DNA of 64,000 nucleotides from the human T2T-CHM13v2.0 reference genome, Homo sapiens. The stretch lies in assembly GCF_009914755.1 (NCBI RefSeq), contig NC_060925.1; one strand, 5' to 3'. The notes beneath the pieces are model-generated. The model searched no databases. It was given only the letters and a program-made list of their open reading frames with translations, and had not been told where the DNA came from. The translations under genes and the position numbers were made by a program. Positions 54,741 to 64,000 of this stretch are shown here, one piece after another (position 1 is the stretch's first letter; every line of letters begins with the position of its first letter).

Positions 54741-57354
54741 AATGCATTTTGTCTTCCATACTCATTTTTAGGGGATGGGGTTCCTTGTAATTTAGTTTCA
54801 AAAACATTCAATTCAACATTTATTGAGTGCTTACTGTGTATCAAGAACAGTTGTTTTACCATTGAGGCAAATATTAATTACAAAGAGCCTAGATATTAGC
54901 ATGCTGAGTAGATCCTTCTGCCTACCACCTCTTGTTGGCCCTCTGTTATTCCTTGGAATTCTTTCTAGTTGGGATGCTAAACCAGTCCTCTGCCCTCCTG
55001 GCCTCCCCTTCAGCTCCTCCCTTTAAAACATTTTACCACCTATTCCCCTTTTGATTTTTAATCAGTCTCCCTCAGTCTCACCTTCCATCAGTCAACCTCA
55101 GTGTCACCTTCAAGCTTGTTTTCTTACTGTTTTTCTTCCTGCATCATCCACTGTCTTCTGAGTCATGCCTTTCATTATGCCATTCTCAGGAGTCATCTGC
55201 TCACCTCTGCTGACTATTCCCGATTTGGACACCATCCCTGGCTCCAGAAGTTCTAGTGATTCCCTATTGCCTGTTACATGAGGTCTTTAGCCTGGCAGAA
55301 GGTTATCTACCTAATTACTAACAGTGTTGCCTCCAAAAGAGACTTGAATGAGAGAAGGGAGCATTGAGGGGTTTATTCACTTAATCTTTATTCTTTGAAT
55401 CTTTTTACTGCTGGAATGTCTTCTGTGTTGCTTGCATAGTTTAAAAAAACTGAAAACCTCTAGTCTAACATTCCAAATGTTCTGTTTTTTCCAGTTCCTC
55501 TCCTACTACTCTTTTACACAAACTTTCCTCTCCATCCAAACTGGTATCCTTCCTGCCCATAAGAACAGCCTTGAGTTATTATTGCTCACACCACAACCCA
55601 ATATCATATGACCCCTGCCTGTCCCTCCTGACTTACCTAATTTCTGCCACTACTCAAGCTTTCAAGACCCAGACTGTCTACACTTTACCCAACAGCCCCG
55701 TCCCATTTCCTGCCAGCCCCTTCCCACTACCACCAGCTTCTTTTAATTTCTTCCTTCTCTGAACTCCTGCTTCAGTTTTGCTGTAGTACATCAGGGATTG
55801 GCTCTGAACATGTCTGCCCCTTTGTGTCATTCAACCCTGCTTTTTTACTACTGCCTAATAGAGGATGTGCATCCATTCTCACAGCTTTTACTCATTCACC
55901 CCCTGATTTTTGCTGATGACCATGTATGTGGCTGGATTGACCACAACAGTGGGCAGTCAGGATTTCAGCTTACAAAGATGGGCTTTAAGATGTGATCTCC
56001 AGAAATGCATTGCCTATAAACTGGAACATCTGAACTATTCATTTCACTTTTAGATGTTTACTTCCTGGTAATATCACTGATATTGTAACCTTGAGGCATT
56101 ATTTGAATACCACATTGTTACTTTTCAGTGCTGTATTTCCAAACCAGTACTCACAAATATCCTCATTTTTTAAATACTTAAGACCCTACATTTGAATTTG
56201 AGCATCTATGTTCCCAACCCCCTTTATGTAAGTGACTCCTCTAACATCATAATCACCTTCTTAGAGATATAGGATCCTCAGTCTTGGGTGCCTTCTTCAG
56301 GTTTCTACTTTCCTCCCCAACCTGTAAGAGGTTGAGAATGAAGGGAATTTGTTCTGCAAAGGGGATCAGTGTCCAATCTATTGGATTCCTTGAGATTATT
56401 TTGTTTAGGAGCTTCTGAGCTGCGAACAGCTTTGCCCACTCTCTGGCCTGGAAGAGATGGCATGGAGAAGGCCAAAAGGAACAATCTGGAGGAGAGGAAG
56501 TGGGGTGCGGTAATCAGAAAAGCTGAATGCAGAGAACTGAGGTGCATCGCCTGAAGCTGCCGCAAAATCAGTGGGAGGGGGAACATTGCAGCCCCCGCCT
56601 GTGGCTGCTGCTTGTTGGGTTTAGTAATTGTATTCTGAGTAGCATTTAGACTGGCATTTAGACGGGTCTAGAATGTGAATTCTTGCAGGGGAGGCAGCCA
56701 GCACAATCCTGCTTTGTTCCAGTTCTTTGAGGACTAAGAAAATAATTTTTAAAACAATAACCCTCCTTCCTGGGCTGTCACTTGTTTGTTTGCTCTGGGG
56801 ACTGCCCAGTAACTCTTTGGTCTCTGTTATTTGTGTTTAAACTCTGTGTTTCTACCCACAAGTAGGAATTGGTAGAAGGAAGAAGGTAGAAGGAAGAAGG
56901 TTCATAGGAAAGGCTGGTGATGTATTAATTGTGCCATTCCATGTGTGTTGTACACTCAGGAAGGGACACAAGCCAGGGTCTCTCATTCATTTGTTCGTTT
57001 AGTCATCCATTCATCAAACACTTTCCAGGTCTTGGTTTTGTGTCTAGGCCATTGTGGGAACTATTTGTGGCAGCAAAGAAGTAAATATATGGTTTTTGAC
57101 CCAAGAAACTATAATCGGCATATAAAAAAATTATTATTATTAATGGCAGCCGATGCCATTTATTGAATTCCTTGTACTCTGATCAGAAACAAAGCTAGAG
57201 ACATTATAGATATTGGTCAGTTTAATCATCAGACATTTCTTGAATGCTTTTCATCTAGGCACTGCGCTAGGGGCTGGGATAGGGCAAGAAGCAGCCCGGG
57301 GCTCAAGTCTGGCAGGAATTACAAGAGTAATGGTAGGTATGCAAAGGGGCCTTT

Positions 57355-57530
57355 CCATTCTCAAAGGTGCTCCTTCTAGCAGCATCAGACTACCTGGAGC
57401 TTGTTAGAAATACTGACTGTAGGTTCCCCCCCTTCCCCCCGACCCAGACATGCTGATTCAGAACCTGTGCATTTTAACAAGGTCACTGGGTGTTTCATTC
57501 ATGTGTACATTGAAGTTTGGGAAGCACTGG
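57355..57530. mobile_element. MER5A-type MITE
   Basis: AGCAGCATCAG..ACCTGGAGCTTGTTAGAAAT...CATTTTAACAAG...AAGTTTGGGAAGCACTG. Confidence 0.8.
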
Positions 57531-57947
57531 TGAGTAGCCTGGGATGTAGCTTGGTCTAGGCTAGGATATCAAGGAAGGCCTTTCTGAGGAAGTGACTTTT
57601 AAGCTGAGATGTGACAAATGAGTAGAGACTAGCTAGACAAGACAATGACAGATGGAGGGTGGGGTGAGTTCCAGGCAATAGAAGTGCCTGTGGGCAGGCT
57701 GGGACTATGAGGTCCTGTGTGATAGTGATAGCAGAGCAGAGGAGGAAACCCCGGAGCAAGGCCTTGTAAACCAGGCTAGAGTTTAAACCCAGTGATACGG
57801 AGAAAGGATTGGAGAGCAATCTTGTTCCCAATTTATAGACAAGGATGGGCTGAGAAATTTGCCCAAGGTCACACAGCTAATACTCACTGGTAAACTAATA
57901 AGAGCTGGAATTTATATCCAGTGCTCTAATTCTAAAGCTTATTTTCT

Positions 57948-58558
<611 letters not shown>

Positions 58559-59317
58559 TAAAGCCCATTTTCTGAACCGCTGCATTAAGGTCATTAAGAA
58601 GACAAAATATACAGCTGATAAAATTTTGAATGCAGTTTTGTATTATTTAGGATTTGAAGAACCTTATAATAATCTGGCTTAAATTTAAAAGATGATCAAA
58701 TTTAGTATAAAATAATAAAACCCATGAGAACCCAGGAGAAAATGTAAGTTCCATTTGAGCACACATTTTTCCCTCGAGTTTCTTAGGAAATATGGTATAA
58801 AAGGAAACCTTCTGTATAGATCGCTCTTTTTATCTGAAAGAATGAAGTAGACCTCTCTCTGAGGAAGAACTTTTTATTTTTCTTATCATTAAAGTGTAAG
58901 AGGAAGCATGAAGCAATGGATTGTGAGGGCAGAGCACTCTATGGCTGATCTGGGGTCACTTCTTTCTCTAGGGCTGCTGGGCTGAGTGAGCCCTGTATCC
59001 TTTCTTTCTGTCTATTCCCAGTGGGCCAAAAGGCAGGCGGGGAGACGGGGGAGCAGAGACCCAGTGCAGCCTCGTGTCCTCCACATCTCAGTCCAGACAT
59101 GTAAGGGTTGAGCATCGGCACCAGCTCACACAGATCTCCTTTCAGGAGACTCACAAGGTCCCGTGTAGTTCATTGATTTCTAAAAGGACTAATTGGCCGA
59201 CCCAGTCATTTTGGAGGAGCAGTGAAAGCATACCCCAGTCCTAGGTGTTGGAGGAGGTTAAATGAGGAGATAGGAGCCCTCAGGTTCTAAAGCTATTCTA
59301 AAGCTATTTGAGGATAT

Positions 59318-59478
59318 GACCTTTAACCTTGGGGAGCTTCCAGTCTAATGGCAGAGACACAGCCCCTGCCTTCAGACAGCTCCAAGTGTGATGGGGGAGG
59401 CACAGCTCCTGCGAAGTCCGGACTGGAGGGGAGAAACAGACCTGCCCCAGGGAGCTCCCAGGCTGATGGGAGGAAGAG
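59318..59478. repeat. Degenerate tandem array of about four ~40-bp L2-like units
   Basis: Recurrent CCTGCC..AGGGAGCTCCCAG.CTGATGGG.GAG.CAC units. Confidence 0.6.
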
Positions 59479-60159
59479 AGCATAGATAAAGAGTAAATAA
59501 GCACATACGTATCAAAGGTACTGAAGCTATTAAAAAAAGTCACAGCACCGCTGGCTCCATGCAGCCATCAGAGGGCTTTGGAACATGACAATCTGCTTCT
59601 TCTTGCCTTTTCCTGAACCACTGCAAAAGCCGTAAGTGCTCATTGCATCTGCAAAATTAGAAGCCAGTGGAAACAGCAACGTCCTCTTCATTAAGTTGGT
59701 TTTCTCTGCCCAGGGTTTATTTGAGGTTTCTGCTCATAGCCCTGGCAAGAGAGGAGAAGCTCCTGGGGCTGAGGCCGGCAGCTGGGCAACACTCAGCATC
59801 TCTCTCCTTTCCCCCAGTCCAAGCGCCAACTCCACTGGTACCAGTAGGTGAGACATTTGCCGGTTCCTGCCTCTAGAGAACAGCTGTGCTTTCCAGCAGA
59901 CGTTCCAGAGCCCTGTCTAGCATACAGTATATTTGTCTGGCCTTGGCAGAAATGGAATCCTTCTGTCTCCCTGCCCTTCCTTCTCAAAAGCTCCCCTGGC
60001 AGCCGTGACTGCTGATGTTAGGGAAAGAAAGAAAGAAAGAGAACTTGAGGTCTTCTGAAAGGGATGTTGGATTCATTAGGAGGTGCTTGCTTTTGTCCCA
60101 CAAATGACTTACATATCACCTTGAGCAAGTTCTCCATTTTCCCATCAGTATTAAACCAA

Positions 60160-60430
60160 GGAAGCATGGCAGAGAAGAAAGGTCACATGATCTGAAATCC
60201 TGAGACCCAGGTTCAACTCTTGGCTCTATTACTCCTAGCCACATGACCTTGAATAAGGGGATCCTATTTGTCCTCAGATAAAGGATTTTTAAAAATCATT
60301 TGAGCTTCAATTTTCTCATCTGTAAAGCGGGTGTCATGATAATATGTACTGTACTAAGTGGTTAGGATGATCCATTATAGTGGATGTGTTGAAATGCTTT
60401 GAAAATCTTAAAGCATTTAATAACCAGTGT
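60160..60430 (+). mobile_element. MIR
   Basis: GAGACCCAGGTTCAACTCTTGGCTCT...TTTCTCATCTGTAAAG. Confidence 0.7.
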
Positions 60431-60824
60431 TATTGTTGAGGTGGAGATGGCTACCCTTCCCTTTTCTCCACTCATGGTGTGTTGTTGATAATATTGAAAA
60501 AAGAATCAGACATGAAAATGAAAAGTTTATTAAAATATAAGATTAAGACTAGCCAAAATAAATACTCTGTTTGAGAGCCTGAGCAGTAGGAACAGTTAAT
60601 TCATGGTCAATACTGTGCTTGGGCTGAGGGGGATAAAGGATAAATGGAAAACCAGATCTCAGGTTCAAAGAATTCACAGCCTACTGAGAGAAATAAGAAC
60701 TAAGAATGGGAACAGTAATACATAATATTAACTGCTGCATTTCAAATTCCAAGTGCTGGGAGCTTCAGAGGTGTCAGGAAAGGCCAAATGAAGCAAACAC
60801 TTTTTATTCTAGCTGCATGTATAA

Positions 60825-62330
60825 ATGTATTCATTTATTCAACAAATATTTTTGGACCACCTTCTATAGACTGAACACTATTCTAAATGCAGGGGATATA
60901 GCAGTAAACAAAACAGATAGAATCGCTGTCTCTCAAGGAACTTATTTTTATGGGAAAAGACAGATAACAGGGAAAATAAGTAAAATATGTGTACATTAGG
61001 TGGTGCTAAGTGCTAGTGAGGTATAAATTAAGCAGGCAGGGGAGACAGGGAGTGCTGGGGGAGGTGGTTTGCAATTTCAGGTCAGGCAGCCAGGGAATTC
61101 CTCACTGAGAGGGGGACACTGGAACGAAGACCTGAGGGAGAAATATAGGCTAGCAGGCAAGAATGGTAGCTTAGACTAGGAGAGTAGTAGTAGAGGAATT
61201 GAGAAGAAAACAGATTAGTTTTTTTTTTCAAAGTGGAAATGGGGTCTTGCTATGTTGTCCAGGCTGGTCTTGAACCTCTGGCCTCTAGCGGTCCTCTCCT
61301 CTTGGCCTCCCAAAGTGTTGGGATTACAGATGTCAGTCACTGCATCTGGCCCAGATTCCTTTTAAAGATGAAGGCACTAGGATTTGCTGATGGCTTGGGT
61401 GTAAGGTGAGAGAGAAAGAGAGGAGGCAAAGAGCACTCTTGAGGTCTGTCATGAACTAAAATGGGAAAGGCTGTGTGTGGTGGGGCAGGGAAGTGCGGGG
61501 AGGAGCTGTGTTTTAGTTAGCAGCTCCGAGATGCCTGTTAGAAATACAACTGGACATGTCAAGTAGGCAGTTGGATATGTGAAGCTCAGGGGAGAGGTCT
61601 GGGCTGGAGATTTAAAACTGGGAGTTTCCAGTATAGAGATTGTATTTCATACTGTGAGTCCAGATAAGATCACCAAAGCAGAAGAGAAGAGATCCTGGGA
61701 GATCCTGGGGTACTCCAACCTTAGAAGCTGGGGAGAAGCAGAGGAACAGCAATGAGAAAGGAGGAAACCCGGGAGGTGGCAGTATTCCAGATGCTAAGTG
61801 AAGGATGTGTTTCAAGGAGGATGGAGTGCTCGCTTGTGTTAAATCAGGAATGATGAGAGCTTAGAGTTTATTTATTTACCATTGGACTCAGCACGTTGAG
61901 GTCATGGATGACCTTGACAAAATTTGATTGAGTTGTGGTGGGGGAAATCTTGATTGGAATGGATTTAAAAGAGGTTTGGAGAAGAGAAATTATAAGCCAT
62001 AAATGTGGGCAACTCTTCTGAGGCCTTTCCTTGTGAAGGAAAGAGAAATAAGGCAGTAGCCCGAGGGGAGAGTGGGGGCAAGGGAGGCTCCTCAGGTTGG
62101 GATAAATCACAGCATGTTTGTAAGCTTCTAGGAAAGAGCCAGTGAAAAAGGAAAAGTTGAGGAGACAGGAGGTAGAGGAGGATTGCTGGAGCATTGCCCC
62201 AGAGCACTGTCCCTGGAGCAGACAGCTCACCCGCGGTAATGGAGAGAAGGTGGCACAGAGGGGCAAAGGCAGGCAGACGGATGCGTGAGGGGGCGGCACC
62301 TGTGGAGGTTCTGTTTTGGTGACTTGTTTT
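60825..62330 (-). mobile_element. Long L2 fragment interrupted by a FLAM
   Basis: Starts TATTCATTTATTCAACAAATATTT (antisense L2 3' end); continuous L2 motifs such as GTCAAGTAGGCAGTTGGATAT. Confidence 0.85.
61218..61351 (-). mobile_element. FLAM / Alu left monomer
   Basis: Single antisense left arm with poly(T). Confidence 0.85.
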
Positions 62331-62409
62331 CTCAATCAAAGAATAAACAAGGCACTTACCCAAGAGTAAATGAAGGGAGAACCCCAGTTTCTTTAAAAAA
62401 AAAGAAGTG

Positions 62410-62664
62410 TGTAATCCCAACACTTTAGAAGGCCGAGGCGGGAGGATTGCCTGAGCCTAGGAATTCGAGACCAGCCTGGGTAACATAGTGAGACCCCGTC
62501 TCTACAACAAGTTTTAAAAATTAGTTGGGCATGGTGATACACACCTGTAGTCACAGCTATTCAGTAGGCTGAGGTGGGAGGATTGCTTGAGCCAAGGAGG
62601 TCAAGACTGCAGTGAGCTGTGATTGCACCACTGTCAGAGTGAGTCCCTGTCTCAAAACAAAAAA
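62410..62664 (+). mobile_element. 5'-truncated AluJ
   Basis: Begins at TGTAATCCCA; small deletion near the 3' end; flanks AAAAAAGAAGTGT / AAAAAAGGGTGT. Confidence 0.9.
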
Positions 62665-62699
62665 GGGTGTAAAGAAAAAAAGAGGGAGGCAGAACTTAT

Positions 62700-63110
62700 A
62701 TAATAGAATAAAAGAGGCCTATTACACATATCAACTAATACGTTGGCCTTATTTGGATTCTGACTCAAACAAACAGTAAAAATAAAAAGACATTTATGAG
62801 ACAATTGGAAATTTGCACCATCAGTGGATATTTGATCCTATTAAAACGATTAATATTGGAGGTGAAATAATGTTATCAAGGTTACATTTTGTAACAGAGT
62901 CATTGTCTTTTAGACATAGATGCTGAAATATCAGTAGATGAAATTAGACAATGACATGGATTTACTTCAAAATAATCCAGTGGAGGGGTGGGGAGAAGGA
63001 AAGGTGGGGTGTGGATGAAGTGTGATTGCCTTTGGGTCAATAATTGTTGAAGTTGGCTGATGTGCAAGAGTCGTTACGCTTTTTCTACTTCCATGATACA
63101 AATTAAAACA
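62700..63110 (+). mobile_element. L1MC-type 3' UTR fragment
   Basis: AAAAGACATTTATGAGACAATTGGAAATTTG...TTCAAAATAATCCAG...TAATTGTTGAAGTTGG. Confidence 0.8.
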
Positions 63111-64000
63111 AAGGAAAAAAGAAGAGGGAAGGAGATGCTGGGTGCTTAAGAGGAAAAGGGAAAGTTGGAATTGCCATCTGGGACTGCCAGTGAGGGGGAG
63201 AGGCATGTGACTGTCAAATGCCACGAAAGGCCCACTTGAGATTCAAGAGCATAAATTAAAAGTGAGGCCAGACGGCAGGGAGGTATGTGTGAATGTATTT
63301 CCGCAGCCATGTCCAGCGGCACATGCAGGCACAGAGTAGGTGGAAGGTTAGATTCGACCAGAGTTCTGAGTTTAGCCAACAAAATATGAGCATTGAGAAT
63401 ACCATTCTCCCATCATATTGATGACATCTCTGAGGACCAGAATTATGTCTTTGCTTCAGTGACATTGGGCTAATTTGACTAGATGATTGCCAAGTCCCCC
63501 CTACCCCCACAAGTTTTGACCAATTTTAATACTCTGTCCTCAGCACTTACAAATGATGTATTTGGTTGCATGAGCAAGACAAAAGGAGGGTGGTGGGTAC
63601 AAGTGGCTCTAATTGCCTTGTCTCTCATTTTTCTACCCTTCTTTCCAAAGTGAAGGGTGCTCATCTTGGTTTGAGTGATCCCTCCCAGTGTGTTTGTGGC
63701 TGGGCCAGGAGTGACAGTCATGCCTCTTTTGAACGATGACCTCCCTGCCTTGCATCCTTGTTTTCACTTGTTAGCTTGGTCTGTGGAGGAAATCATTGAG
63801 GTCCAGTAGGGAAACAAAGCACTGCCTACAGAGGCCAGGTGTCTCCCATATCCCTGATTATAGCTGGGCCTTTGTGGGGTGTCCCCCTCAGCCCCTCCTG
63901 TCCATCGGCTTGTGATCTTTCCCAAGACTATTCCATCTGAGGCAGGAGCTTGGCTCTCATTGGCTCTTTTCTTCCCAGGTCCTACTTGCAGGACTGGGGG

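Overview
This is mammalian genomic DNA, primate and most likely human, judged by AluY/S/J, THE1/MST, MADE1 and ERV1 LTRs. It is non-coding, intronic or intergenic. I see no supportable protein-coding exon, CpG-island promoter, structural RNA gene or CRISPR/prokaryotic feature. Many listed ORFs come from Alu, L1 or simple repeats, and the rest look like chance frames. About half of the window is transposon-derived: roughly 19 Alu/FLAM copies, many with target-site duplications (TSDs); old L1M, L2, L3 and MIR fragments; several solo LTRs; and hAT and Tc1/mariner fossils. The most notable structures are (1) an ERV solo LTR inserted inside an AluS, (2) a 60-bp copy of nearby unique DNA pasted into an L1, possibly a templated insertion, (3) two fold-back mariner fossils that still read as transposase C-terminal motifs, (4) Hsmar1/MADE1 terminal repeats, (5) Alu-in-Alu nesting, (6) a strong antisense L1 bias suggesting a + strand host transcript, and (7) two candidate + strand splice features near the right end. 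I did not find a convincing novel biological system. Repeat subfamily names come from recall of consensus sequences and need RepeatMasker/Dfam confirmation. Boundaries of old repeats are approximate.
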